Of a stretch of DNA of 64,000 bases, positions 38,770 through 52,186 are shown one piece after another; the stretch's first letter is position 1; every line of letters starts with the position of its first letter. A program made the translations under genes and the position numbers. Source of the DNA: Octopus vulgaris (taxonomy: Eukaryota); assembly GCA_951406725.2 (NCBI GenBank), contig OX597817.1, positions 124,310,001 to 124,374,000 on the forward strand, in the 5' to 3' direction. The notes beneath the pieces were generated by a model. That model saw only the letters and a list, made by a program, of their open reading frames with translations. It was not told the origin of the DNA and did no database searches.

Positions 38770-40017
38770 TGAGGGTTAACTGAAAAGTGCATAAGATATT
38801 CTAATGTAATGTGACCGGATGATATTTATTTTTCAACATAGATCCCATCGTGGCTCACATACTTCCTCCATTGGTGTTGCACTGCTTGGATCCCATTGGA
38901 GAAGAAACTGTCATCTGCCTGATCAAAAACGTTGTGAACAGCAGATATGACATCCTCAACACTACAATACTGGTTCCTAGCCAAGTGTTTATTCACGTTG
39001 GGAAATAAATGATAGTCAAATGGGGCCAAATCAGGAGAATAGGGAGGCTGATCAACTAGAACAAAGTAACAATCATGCACAGCAGCCATTGAAACAAAGG
39101 ACTAAGCCCTTTCATACGTTTTCCTGGGTGATTGGTCTTCATAGTGTTTCATAACTGCTTCAGCAGGTTGGCATAGTACTCTCCATTGATGGCATGGCCC
39201 TTTTGAAGATAGTCAATAAACACAATGCCTTTTGCATCCTCAAAAAACTGAGGCCATCACCTTCCCTGCTGATGAAACTACCTTGACCTTCTTTGGATCA
39301 GGGGAGGAGAGGTGTTTCCACTGCATGGATTATATCTTTGCTTCTGGCTCAAAGTGATGAACCCAACACTCATGCTGGGTTAGGAAACATTCGAGAAAAT
39401 CAGCTGGGACTGCCAGAAACAATGTCAGATTTTCCTGTGATGTAATCAACTCGATGTGCTTTTGATTAAGTGTTAGAATATATGACACTCACCAAGCAGA
39501 ATCCTTCATCATGCCAAGTTCAAATACATTGTGCAGAATATTCTCAACTCTCTCACACGGTATGCTAATAGCATTGGCTATTTGAATTATAGTCATTCAC
39601 CTGTCATCCACCATCATGAGGTAAACACAATCAATGTTTTCCTCACTGGTTGCAGTTGCAGGACATCTAGGCTTTGGGTTATCATCAACACTCCTTCTTT
39701 CCCTGCCTAAATTCAGCTGCCCCCTTTTGCACAGTTGATAAAGCTGGATTGTCATCCTCTGATGCAACCATGTCAGTATGAATGTCATTGGGGGCTAAAC
39801 CATTTTTCTACTTGTTGATGATAGCATCATGATGCCACATCTTGTCTATTTTCAAGAGATGTCACTACTAGTTAGATCTGAAGTCTTCTTTGAACAGTCA
39901 GATGTCAGTTTACAATACAGTTATTAATAAGTAAGATTGAAATGAATACATGCAAGATTTCACAGTTCTAGCATTGCTCCTTCATGGTCATCCACTGAAC
40001 TTTTCAATCCCCCCTTG
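38770..40017 (-). mobile_element. Mariner (DD34D) DNA transposon, decayed
   Basis: Degenerate TIRs TGAGGGTTAACTGAAAAGTGCA / rc CAAGGGGGGATTGAAAAGTTCA with TA at the right end; length about 1.25 kb. Confidence 0.88.
38826..39850 (-). pseudogene. Mariner transposase pseudogene (Himar1/irritans-like by motif resemblance)
   Basis: Fragments HECWVHHFEPE, SSAGKVMASVF, DAKGIVFIDYLQK, INGEYYANLL, PPYSPDLAPFDYHLFP and C-terminal GIYVEK*. Confidence 0.9.
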
Positions 40018-40029
40018 TATATTTGTTAT

Positions 40030-40340
40030 GTTGTTGTTTGCTCCTTCTCAAGCCATGCCTGGCTCATAAGGGCCAGTTTCCCAGTTTCATTAGTGTATTG
40101 GTTCCCCACCTGGACAGGACACCAGTCCATCGCAGGTGAGCTGCTAGATGCAAGAGGAAAGAGTGAGAGAAAGCTGTGACGAATGAGTCAGTAGAAGTTC
40201 ACCATTACCTTCTGCTGGAGCCCTGTGAAGCTTAGGTGTTTCACTCATAAACACATACATTGCCCGGTCTACAATTCGAACCCATGATCCCTCGACCATT
40301 AGTCCACTGCTCTAACCACTAGTCCATGTGCCTTCACTGT
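40030..40340 (-). mobile_element. tRNA-derived SINE (family D) with 12-bp target-site duplication
   Basis: Minus head GGACTAGTGGTTAGAGCAGTGGACT...GGGTTCGAATT (A/B boxes) and (CAA)n tail; tatatttgttat at 40018-40029 and 40341-40352. Confidence 0.85.
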
Positions 40341-41146
40341 TATATTTGTTATAGCCACCTTAAAATACAACCATCTCTCGTATTAATATTACATATAAGA
40401 TTAGGATCATGCCAAACAAATATGGGTGGCTTGTAAAATTCGATTTTAGCATGGTCAAATATGATGAGAATAATGGATATTTTTTGCATGAAATAAAGCA
40501 AATGTACTCAGCTCTGTTCTGAAAGGGTTATTTCGCAGTTGTGTCGATTTAATAGCTTGAAGTCTCATTAATATGCACTCAATTTTATAAATTATCGATT
40601 AATTTTCAGATTATTGACCCAGACTTGTAGTGGATGTTAACATCAAATAACTGCAGCCATTTCTTTTCTAAATCTATTGGTCCAATGCAAATAGTTTGAT
40701 CTCATCTGGAAACACAGGAAAACACTGACTGAAACCAATACGAATACTTGTGAAGGCGATACAATCAAATACCTCTAGTTGTTCATATTGATAAGTGTGG
40801 TTTAACTGTAAACATTTTCGACTGAATGACCTAAACTGCATTGATGAGTTCGTTTATACAAAGTATGAGTCCTAAATAGCTGATGAAATTTTCTTAGTCT
40901 CATTGCTCTTTATGTCCTGAATCACAAGCATTGCTAAATACATTTCCCTTTTCCATGATGCAATGCCCTTAAGTATAAACCCAACAACTGTCAGTTTCTA
41001 AGTAGCCAGCCAGGTTGCCAGGTTCAAGTGAAATATATCACCACACTTTTGATTATATATCAACTCAAGCACTTCACTCTACTTATTATCACAACCACTA
41101 AAGAAAGGGAAATAAATTTAATCTTAGCAATATTAGAACTTAGAAT

Positions 41147-41360
41147 AAGGTGGCAAGCTGGCAAAATTGTCAGCGCACCAGGTAATATGCTTTGCAACAT
41201 TTTGTCCACCTTTACATTCTGACTTCAAATACTGCAGTGACTAACTTTGCCTTTCATCCTTTCAGGGTTCATAAAATAAGAACTAGTTGAACATTGGAGT
41301 CAATGCAATCAACTTACCCCCTCCCACAAAATTGCTGGCCTTGTGCCAAAATTTGAAATT
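41147..41360 (+). mobile_element. Family B SINE with 18-bp target-site duplication
   Basis: Head AAGGTGGCAAGCTGGCAAAA and core GCCTTTCATCCTTTCAGGG; aatattagaacttagaat (41129-41146) / aatattagaactcagaat (41361-41378). Confidence 0.88.
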
Positions 41361-41773
41361 AATATTAGAACTCAGAATGAAAATGGGAAACAATTAATCA
41401 TTTGCTTTAAAATAAGCCAAGGGCACAATTTGAGAAAGTAAGGTTAGTCATTTAGATCAATCTCAGTACTTGACCAGTACTTCATCTTAATGACACCAGC
41501 AATTGATCTCAAAGTGATTTGAAATCAGAATGTAAAGAACAGAAAGAAATTCTGCAAAGCATTTATTACTGAAATTTTTAAACGTTCTCCTAATCAATCG
41601 TCAATGTTTAGCCAATAGCATTATTTAAATTAAAGAAAAGGAGAGTATTGTAGTTTGCTTGAAGCATTGTGCATTGTTTTTAAAAAATAATGTGTTTTGA
41701 ATGGCACAACAATGCACTATAGTTACAACAATGGACTATAATAACTGTTATAATTTAATCATATATAGTCTGA

Positions 41774-42239
41774 TATAATATTTCAGAATATAAAAATTCC
41801 TTCTTCATTAATTGATTGAGTCACTACTACAATCGGTTTTCCAACGGTTTTTTTCTCCCTTTCCCAAGTGTTTCTGCAGTGGTCTCACGAAGCTCCTTCC
41901 AGAATTTCTCATAAGAAATGTATGAGGGTGACCATGTCTCAAGCTCATGTGTGCTGGCACTTCTGTAGCGCTGCTTCTAAGTTATGTATTATATGTGTAG
42001 TTACCTTTTTTTTTTACTCCTTCTTTCTTTGTTTTTATTTATAAATAATACATGAGCATGTTATCAAAAATGAACTTCATGCACTTCTCATGAGGAACTC
42101 CAGAAGGAGATTCATGAGATCACTGCAGAGACACCTCTGGAAAGAACAAAAAGAACGGTGGAAAACCGATTGTAGCAGTAACTCGATCAATTCCTAGGGT
42201 TATCTGAAGAAGGAAATTTTATATTCCCAAATATTATAA
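41774..42239. repeat. Diverged inverted repeat (arms 41774-41950 and 42050-42238), probably an inverted Penelope pseudo-LTR pair
   Basis: Matching blocks such as ctacaatcggttttcca / tggaaaaccgattgtag and gctcatgt / acatgagc; a hammerhead-like motif sits at each outer end. Confidence 0.8.
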
Positions 42240-42539
42240 ATAATGATGATGACGATGGTGGTGGGGATGATTGAGGATGATGATGATGGTGATGATGATG
42301 ATGATGATGATGATTTCACAACTAACTGTAAGATAGTTTATGGCTCCCAAGTTTATCAACAGAATAATGACAGAATTAAAAGCAATTATTTGAATGCTGT
42401 CTTTTTTATGTAATAATCATGTTGTTGTTATACCTGATGTGTAAGTCAACCTTGATTAAGAAAACTTATGATTATTTGTGTCATAACCATCCCATTATTT
42501 TAGAAGAAGTAGCTAGGATGGCACCATTATTTATAATAT

Positions 42540-43150
42540 CATCACCTGGAATTTGCAACACCGGGCTGGAAACCCTATCTTGCCCAGGAACCCCTATCTT
42601 GCCCAGGATATTAATCGTCTGGAAACCGTTCAGCGACGTGCAACCAAGAGAATACCCTCCATCAGGCATTTGCCATATTCTGAACGCCTTACTTCCCTGG
42701 GCATGGATACATTGAAACTCTGATGTCTGGCAGCTGACTTGGCAGACACCCATAAAATTATTAACCATCTTACCAACAATAACTCTGAGCACCTTTTCAA
42801 ACTCCACCTGTCTAACACCCATAGACATGTTTACAAAGTCAGAAAACAGCACGGCTCCCATGACTTTCGGAAACATTTTTTCATGCTAGGAGTTGCTGAA
42901 GTATGGAACAAATTGCCAGTATCAGTCGTTAGTTGTCAGAGCACTGCATCCTTCAAAACTTCCATGCTTCCTGAGATTCGCCAACACTACACCTGATTTT
43001 TTCCCCTCCATACACACGCAAGCATGTATCTGACTCATACACTGTTCACTTCCCAAACATTTGTACATTAATGAATATGCTTTATATGCACTTTTGACAA
43101 GTTGTAGTGCACCTGAGCACTATATACAATAATTTTATTATTACTATTAT
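42540..43150 (+). mobile_element. CR1-clade LINE 3' end
   Basis: HLEFATPGWKPYL...DINRLETVQRRATKRIP..RHLPYSERLTSLG...HFF...VWNKLP.SVV; (ATT)n tail; a 19-bp internal tandem duplication at 42571-42608. Confidence 0.88.
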
Positions 43151-44989
43151 TTTGATTTTAGAGATACTTAATAGATATCTTTCACAGGTCAAGCAACCAT
43201 ACACAAGTTCTCCAATTCACTCAATAAGCTATAATTATTATTTGACAATGCATAATTTTGAAGAATATGCGTAACATTTTTGCAACAAATTTTTCTAAAA
43301 TCACTCAACAAGAAATACTTTCTTGTTTTGTTGTTAATTATTTTAAGATTTAGCATTCTATTTCCATCTATATTTTTATTTACATTCTATTTGACATTTC
43401 TCTATTTGCTGTCTTTTTCATTTGCAAATCATCATATATAATTTGTCATATGGTTTTCTAATTTGAGTATCTGCATATTTTACCATTAACCATTCTAATT
43501 AATTCAGATTTGACAGTTTGGAAGGCAAGGATTGTTTTAAAAACAGTTTTCTAATCCTAGAAGACATTTGATGAGAAATAAGTTTGATGAGAAATAATGT
43601 TCAAAATCAGGAAAATTATTTTAGGTTGCTGAGTGCAATTAGAACTAAAGCTAAAAATATATATATATTTCTTTTCAGCTCCTTTGTTCTACAATGATTA
43701 ACCTGTAGGTTACTTCTTTTATCAAACCATAAGAGAGATCCTTTCATTATTATAAATATGTATTTATTAATTGTACATGCATGTAGGCATACACGCATAA
43801 AATGTACATATTCATACAGTTCAAAATTGTGGTTCCATATCAAACATCTATACACTTAATGAAAATATTCTGTTCTAATATTTTGCACCATCTTATTTTT
43901 ATATGAGACAGCTCTCTTTATTCATTATCTTTCCCCTTAATTAACAATGATAATAAGTTATAACTTTTTTTTTATTTGGGAAGATTAATTAGGAGTAGTA
44001 TGATATAATTTGCTTGCAATCAATTTATATCAATCAGATACTGGATAAAAAAATACCTGTTTAGTAAAATATTTTATCATGTACTGCAGATAGTTTGGTG
44101 CTTTGAAATTTTAATTTTGAATAGCGTTTGTAGCTTTCAAAGTAAATAGTCAAAACTGAACCAACAGTTCTTGTGTAGCTGTGATTCTAAAATATTTTTT
44201 GTTGTTGTTGTTTATCGTTCCCTTTCAAATATTGATAAAAGCTAATAAATTTAACAGTAATTAATTATAGTCATAATTGTAGAATTACAAAGGATTATTA
44301 TGCAAGGAGAAACTCACTATCATTTTCATATTTGTACTCATAGTGTAACTTTGATACAAATTTATTTAGAAACAAAGAACGTCAGCAGAATTGATTATTT
44401 CAGAACTAAAAAAATGTGTTAACCTAATGCATTTAACAATCAATATATATAATTTAATGGTTAGCCTGAGGTCGATGATAATTTGCAAATTTTCAGTATC
44501 AGATTTAATGCTTGGAAAATAAGATCTTAAGTCCTTTCTTTCATTTATTGATATTTTATTGCACTGCTTACATAACAACAGCAACACAACATTGCGTCCA
44601 CTCTTCACCAAGTATGTAAAGTGAAAAATAATGAGCAGCAACTTTTTTTTCCTTGCTAAAGCTTAGGATACATGTTTTGCATCTCTGGCCAGAATGTTTC
44701 ATATCCATTTTGTAAACAGCACATGAGTTTCAGACTCTTATTATAATTCTTTTCATTCTTGAAGTGAATTAGGATGAGTAAAATTTGTCTCAGAATGAAA
44801 TGAATTAAATCCTACTATGTTATTTTCAATTCATCAAAGTTTTAAATCTGGTCATCATAAAGATGGCAGCATTAACATTCCTTATCTGTATCTAGCATTA
44901 AATCAATATTTTCTTTTATCATTTGCTTAATTTGAAACTGCTAAAGAACCAAATCCTTGCAATGGTAATTTTACAGAATGTAATTTAGG

Positions 44990-45565
44990 TGGGCAATTGG
45001 ACATCTGCCCCTAGATAATTATCCCTGATAGCCACCACGAAGACAATTGCCTCTGTCTATGCCATTTACACTTCAACTTCATCTTAAGCTATCTACAACA
45101 CAACTTCAATTCACACTACAACTTTAATCAACATCATCTACACTACCACATCTGTTATGCTGCAACTTCAATACATACTGCACCTTGAATGTACACCAAA
45201 TACACCACAGCCTCAAGCTTCACCATCTACAAGATATGACCTACACTGCAACTTTAACCAGCACTGTGACTTCAGCCTACACCAAATTTCCACATAAATC
45301 TCCCTCATAATTTGAACACACACTACCACTTTAATTTATCCCATCTACAATTCAATTTCATAAATTAACATCTACACCACAGATGCGACTTACATCACAA
45401 ATTCAGCATCCACTATACCTTCAACCCTCACCACAACTTTGCTATTTGTTGCCCACACTTTATCTTCAGTCCTATATGTGCTAAAGGGTAAAATTATTCA
45501 AGGGTGACTATCTTATGAAGTCAACTGTTCAAGGGGTAAATAATCCATGTGAGTAGTTGTCCCAG
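44990..45565. repeat. Degenerate foldback/MITE-like element with a C/A-skewed internal repeat
   Basis: Left motifs resemble GACAATTGCC and right motifs resemble GGG..A.TTGTCC. The interior (45065-45470) is an almost G-free repeat of CTACACCACAACTTCA-like units. Confidence 0.4.
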
Positions 45566-45659
45566 AAACATTTTATTGATAATAGAATTTATTCTTCCCT
45601 TTATTTCAATAAGTTTCATTTTGTTTTCCTATAATTTTAATGTTTATTTCAATCAATTT

Positions 45660-46340
45660 ATTGAAAATGCCAGAAAGATAAGTGATGTCAGTTGTTTGTT
45701 TTTCCAGTTCATTACACATTTTCCCACCATCTGACTTAAAATATTACAAAATAATATCATAGATATCCTAAAAATGTTGCTGACAGTTTCCCTTACAAAA
45801 GACGTTGAACTTCCATATCTAGTAAAAGACGCTCAAATTCTTGTTCATGTTCATGGGAAAGTTTCCAGAAAATATAGGTATTCAAAATGACTTTTTATTT
45901 TATTTACAGCCATAAAAACATGGTTAAAATTTTTATGTAGTCTTACTACTAAGCTGTTTCACATCTAAGTGTTATTGAATTGTAATAATGTTTGGAGCTG
46001 CCTCTTTTAATGTGCTGAAAAATCTACAAAAGCAAACTAATCACAATAGGTGCTCCATCAGTAACACATTCGGTGGCATCAGTGAGATGATGAAAGTGGT
46101 CAACTGGTCTGTAAATTAGAAAACCTTTTGTGTTAGTTTTCAATTGTTCAGTAAATAGGAAGTCTTAAATAACTTCTTGATTAGTATTTGAAGAATGCAC
46201 GTGACACTAATGACAAGCATTCATTTTCAAGTAAAAATTGTCTCATCAAGTTGTAAAAAAAAATTGTGGCTTCTGAATCACCACAATATTTTTTTACAAT
46301 GTCATCTATCAACTTATTAATTCTTGTTGACTGATAAATA
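45660..46340 (-). pseudogene. Highly decayed hAT (Buster/ZBED-like) transposase fragment
   Basis: Minus remnants FLQLDET, DFLFTEQLKTNTKG, CVTDGAP, LKEAAPNII, MAVNKIKS and DITYLSGIF, in the expected order. Confidence 0.7.
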
Positions 46341-46733
46341 TTGATGAGAGTAAAATCATCTTCATCATCCTCGTCATCATCATCATCACCTTTATCATCA
46401 TCTTCGTCGTCGTCGTCGTCATTGTCATCGTCATTATCATCATCATTATTATTGATAACTATTGCTGAGAGGAAATAGTGACATTATATTAATTTTACCA
46501 AGGCCATCATATATTTATAATTCCATTCACAACTGAAAAGCTGAGATTTTCACCAATATTATGTAAATCTTTTCATATTTAGCAATTAATTATGAACATT
46601 TTTAAGATGCTCCTTATCCTTTCTTTAGTTGGTTACTTTGTTTTAACAATTAACTCATTAGTTCTTGATTAAATTTTGAATTTATTTTTAAGTCATGGCA
46701 ATTGCTTGTGTCCTTCTTTTGCTTTATCTAGAT

Positions 46734-49049
46734 CAGGATTGCCAAACTCATTTTAGTTCATGGACAACATATCAACCCAATTTGATCTCAGATGGGCTGG
46801 ACTATAAATAACAATTTCAAAATTTTCTCTTTGTTTTAGTGTAAAAAAGTACATTCTGAAAATGTTCAGGTTTAAATAACAATTTTTTTTTGCAAAACAT
46901 TGACCGAGTGAAAGTGGGAAATGTTAAAGAAGACTGAGACATCACACTCCCTTGTAACTGTATACAATTCATAATTTTAAAAAAAGCACTTTGCAAAACA
47001 TTTAAAAACACTTTTATTATTGTTTATCATTTATTTTTGGTACGTTCCTGAAACTTGGCATCTTTTCTCCTTCACAAGTGCATCAATATCAGGTATCAAA
47101 TCCTGAGTAGCAGCCAATTTCAAGATGTTATTTAGGTGCCTTTGTGTGAGCCTTGAGCACAGCTTCATTTATTGATGCTCATTACAGAGAATACTTGTTC
47201 AGAAAGGTAGGTAGTCCTGAACATGTGCAAAACTTTAACAGCAAGGGCTGTCAATTTGGGGTACTTTGGCAAGAGATACTGATAAAATGTGACCAAGCCC
47301 ACCAAGGTAAATTTATTCTTCAAATTTGAATCACGCTGCAAGTCAATCATTTCATGTTGTATTGACTATAATTGGTGAGCGAAAAACTGTAAAATATGTC
47401 TCTCAACTTCATCAAAAATCTGAAATGGTTGCTCAAATTCTTGCAGCAATCCCATGATATTGTCTTTGTACCAATTCATGTCAACATTATCTGAGGTCTC
47501 GACGACATTTTCTTTTAGACAAAGAAAATATTGTGTCTCCCAGAAAGTTAGCTTCAACTTGAACACACATATGCTTTCAAAATACTGGGTGACAAATTTT
47601 TTGTGGCCTTGCAGCATTTTGTTCAGATTATTCAAGTGCTCTATAATATCCATGATAAATGCTAAATCTTGGAGCCCTTCTGATGATTGAAATTCTAACA
47701 CTGGTTTACCGTTTTCCCCCATGAACTGTTCAATTTCTTTTCGTAGATTAAAGAAGTGCTTCAACATGGCACCTCGGCTTAATCACCTTACCTTGGTGTG
47801 ATATGGCAAGTCATAGGTAATGCCTATATTACTGAGAAGATTATCAAACTGACAGTGATTCAGATCTTTAGTTTGGATGAAATTAACAGTTCAGACAACC
47901 ACTTCCATGATGTGATCCATTTTGAACGACTTGCAAAATGCAATGAAATATTCAAAAATCACATCCTCCATTTGCAGTCAGTACATTCTCTCTGAACTGC
48001 TTCACAACACCTGCTTTTTCCCAATCAATGATGGAGTGCTATCTGTAGCCACTCTGACAGCATGGGCCCAGTTAATTCTGACCCTGTCCAGTGCTCCAAC
48101 GAGAGAGACGAAAATGTCATTTGCTATTGTGGTGTCCAACATAGGAACCAGCTCCAGAAACTCCTCAGTGATGGTCAACATCTCGTTTACACCACAAAAG
48201 AATATGGCCAGTTGCACAACATCTGAAATGTCTATGGTCTCATCAATTGCAACCCAAAATGCAATAAATTACTTGAATTTGTGCTTCAGTTGCTTGTCCA
48301 AATCTGCAGAAAGATCTGAAATCCTATCTGCCACAGTGTTTCTTGTCAGGCTAATGTAGGCAGAAGTCTGTCACTTCTCAAGGCATACAATTTCTGCAGC
48401 CTTCAATATGCATATTTTCATGAACTCCCCATCACAGTACAGTTTTGATGCTAATACTATTTCTCTAGCAACAAGGTAGCTAGCTTTTACAGCTACCTGG
48501 CTGATATCTCAGCTTTGGGTTGATGTGCTAACAATTTATTTATCTTTTCTCTTCTCATTTGTCCTTGCAAGTTATCGTATTTGTTGGCATGATGGTGCCA
48601 AATGTCATATTCTCTGAGCACTGAAACCTGCTGCAAACACACCAAGGACACAGGTTTCCCATTCACCTCCACAAATGAACAGGAAAAGAACCACTTTTCT
48701 TGAAATAATCTACACTCTGTATCCTCTTTTCTCTTTTTAGACAAAGACATTTTAGGTAAGGTTAAACAAGGCAAAATGTTCACCTAAAAAACAGAAACAC
48801 GTTAGTCATTGAATTAATTTCAAAAAATATATATTTATTCCAATACAATATTTAAACGAATCTTTAAATAATTTAAAGGAGTTTTTTCTATTAGAAATTG
48901 AACCATTGTACACAACAATCAGTCATATACAAACAATCAACATTCACAGTAGTAAGTATATATATATAATTTTTACACTTTTGTAAGTCATCTCATGGGT
49001 TGGATGAAACCCTGCAGCAGGCCTGTGGGCCATATGTTTCATACCCCTG
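46734..49049 (-). mobile_element. hAT DNA transposon, Buster/Charlie group, SPIN-like
   Basis: Termini CAGGATTGCCAAAC / rc CAGGGGTATGAAAC; perfect 8-bp TSD ATCTAGAT at 46726-46733 and 49050-49057; length 2316 bp. Confidence 0.93.
47031..48750 (-). pseudogene. SPIN/GTF2IRD2-like hAT transposase pseudogene
   Basis: MSLSKKRKEDTECRLFQEKW...BED-type finger remnant; VAIDETIDIS; QLAIF; ATDSTPSLIG; DLAFIMDI; LNKMLQG; MFRTTYLSEQVFSVM; PDIDALVKEKRCQVS. Multiple stops and frameshifts. Confidence 0.9.
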
Positions 49050-49383
49050 ATCTAGATGCTTTGTTTCTAAATGATCACGTATTCTCGAAGGTTTCACTCT
49101 TTTATTTGAAACTTTTTTCATATAAACACATTGATAACTGCATATGCTTTCTTTATTCAATGTTTTCATTCTTCACTGAAGTCCAATAAGTGAAAATACA
49201 TACATGAATATTTTACAATACATCTTTTTCAGTTGTATTCATAATGCTATCCCAGTATCAATATTTATATAATTGCATTGCTATCTTGTTGATGGACTAT
49301 TCTAAAACATAAAAGGAGACTGCTGGATTTATGTGAATGTAGTGTGAAATATATTGACAAATGTTTTTTTTTATACCAATACA

Positions 49384-49792
49384 GGTGTAGGAGTGGCTGT
49401 ATGGTAAGTAGCTTGCTTACGAATCACATGGTTCCGGGTTCAGTCCCACTGCGTGGCACCTTGGGCAGGTGTCTTCTACTATAGCCTCGAGCCGACCAAA
49501 GACTTGTGAGTGGATTTGGTAGACAGAAACTGAAAGAAGCCCATCGTATATATGTATATATATATATTTGCGCATGTGCATGTATGTTTGTGTGTCTGTG
49601 TTTGTCCTATCCAACATCACTTGACAACTGATGCTGGCGTGTTTACGTCCCCGTAACTTAGTGGTTCAGCAAAAGGAACCGATAGAATAAGTAGCAGGCC
49701 TACAAAAAATAAGTCCCGAGGTCGATTTCCTCGACTAAAGGTGGTGCTCCAGCATGGCCGCAGCCAAATGACTGAAACAAGTAAAAGAGTAA
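49384..49792 (+). mobile_element. Full-length family A SINE
   Basis: End-to-end match to 2247-2676. Confidence 0.9.
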
Positions 49793-49899
49793 TTTAAATA
49801 TAAACAATTGATTACATTGCATAATTAAGTTAATTATGGAGCAGAACTTAAGAATTGCCTCACAGAAGAAAGTGGAATCAATTTTATTGATATCCTTTT

Positions 49900-50117
49900 T
49901 CGTCATTTTGACTGCAGCTATGCTAGGGCACTGCCTTGAAGGATTATTTTAGTTGAACAAATCAACGCCCAAAACTTATTTTTTAAAGCATAGTTCTTTT
50001 TCTATCAGTCTCTTTTGGCGAAGTGCTATGTCACAGGGATATAAACACACCAACACCAGTTGTCAAACAGTGGTGGGGGAGAAACACAGATACAAAGACA
50101 CACACATACATACAGCC

Positions 50118-50148
<31 letters not shown>

Positions 50149-50151
50149 TAT

Positions 50152-50186
<35 letters not shown>

Positions 50187-50455
50187 CTTATATATATATT
50201 TTATTTTTTTTTTCATATATATATATACATTTAAATATGTATATATATTATATATATACATACATATTTTATACACACAGACATATATGTATGCATGTAT
50301 GTATATATACATGATGGGCTTCTCTTAGTTTTCCTCTACCAAATATACTCACAAAACTTTGGTTATAGTTGAAGATATTTGCCCAAGATGTCATGCTATG
50401 GGACTGGATCTGAAAGCACGTGGTTGGGATGCAAGCTTCTTACCACATAGTCGGA
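49900..50455 (-). mobile_element. Older family A SINE with an expanded internal microsatellite
   Basis: 3' half at 49900-50110, TA-rich expansion at 50110-50310 and 5' half at 50315-50455. Confidence 0.78.
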
Positions 50456-52186
50456 CATGAACAAAACTTTCATTCTCTATTACTAACTGATTTTTGTTAT
50501 TACAGTGTATAATCAGCTGATATAACTTGGAAAAAACATCAAAGTTTTGTAATGATGTTACTGTTAAACGAAAATTTAAAAATTAAACCAATATCTATAC
50601 TGGCATTTAAATAAGAAATATTTATTTCAGCATACCTTCTACTTATTCTTTTTTATAGAGTTCATTGACATTATCATGACTGATATCACTTATCATTAAC
50701 ATATATTTGAAAGACAAAAAAATAAATATAAAAAAAAACTAATGAGTTTATGTTTAGTTAACTTAGAGAATGAAAGCAGTCAATAATAGCAACATTCATA
50801 AATGATATTATTTATTCAAAAAAATTTTGCTTTCTATGTATCAATTCTCAAGGCTTGCCAATTATAGAATTAAATTTGCAATGAGGTTTACTCTAGATAT
50901 TATATCAGTCTTGATCACTCCTTTTATCTTTGTGAGAAAGATTATTTACTTTTATCTTGCTACATATTAAAATAGTTTATTACCTACTAATTTAATTTAT
51001 GATGGTATCATCACTATCAATATTATTATCATTACTTTTTGTGTGTGTGTGTAATTCAAACCGGTATAAAATAAAGTTGCTGGTTAATAAAATTTGAATC
51101 TTTAATAATATTTAATTAGTTTTAATTAGTTCTACTACTGAAAATTTGATAAATAAGAACACTCATCATAGCAATTTAGATAATAACATACCGATTTTAG
51201 TTTGTGAAATTATAGTTGGTATCTGTTTGATGGTTGCAGAAGATTTTTTTTGTTTTACTATGGTTAGCTTGTTAGTCTTATGGGATCTATATTTGGCACA
51301 ATTAAAAATTGTTTTTGCTTGGTTGTTAACATTTCTGGTGTTATATAAGGTACTCAGCAGCAAAAATTCTAAACAAACTGATACAATCACCCTCCTAACA
51401 ACAACAACTATAATAAAATGAACAGCAACACAAGAAGTAATTCTTAATTGCACTAAAAATTATTTCTAATGACAAAACAAGTTGGCTGTTGCTGAGTGTC
51501 AAAATTAAAAATTCTTTTGAGACTACCAAACAAACTGCAATCACCTACAGTTAGACAAAGAGAAGAGGGGGCATGCTTTTATCAAAGATCATTCTCATTA
51601 TAACAATACTATAGCAGTGAATAAATGAATTTACTGTGCAAATGGATTCACACCATCAGTGCTATTTCCCAGGTTAAAGACACTACTGCTGTATAATACT
51701 GACTTTCTAAATTTAAAAGTTAATTCACTATAAAAAAGTTGATAAAATAATCGTCAGTTGCTATGATTGAAATGATATATAGTGCTAATTGCAAGGACTT
51801 TTTTGGACTATGGTTATTTAAGTTAACAGTGACAAGATATTACTTTCAAAGTAAAGGTTGATACAATACATCATATTGCATGCATGCACCACACATTACA
51901 AAATAATAGGTATCAAGTCAGGGAGAGAGCCTTTTTATGGTCACCTGAACAACTAGAAAGAACAGCCAGCTTCCCCTTAAGTGATATCCATAGTATTAAA
52001 AAGGTAGACACACTAAATATTTTGGTCTAAGATGTACAAAAATTGAATTTTAAAAATGGAATGATTATATCTAGAACACTTTTGATTAGATGCCTGCTGC
52101 TCAATCAAAGCTGACCTGGACTGAAACTACCACCAATATGGATTATGTACGAAAACTTTACTCGCTAGTAAAATATCTTTAAGTTA

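Noticed and set aside
40600-40740. Strong minus-strand splice acceptor (TTTTCCTGTGTTTCCAG) as a coding exon start
   Set aside because: All three frames stop within about 60 nt and the peptides are unrecognisable; unsupported without RNA data.
47031-48750. Domesticated GTF2IRD2/ZBED host gene
   Set aside because: Multiple stops and frameshifts plus intact TIRs and TSD show that it is a dead transposon copy.
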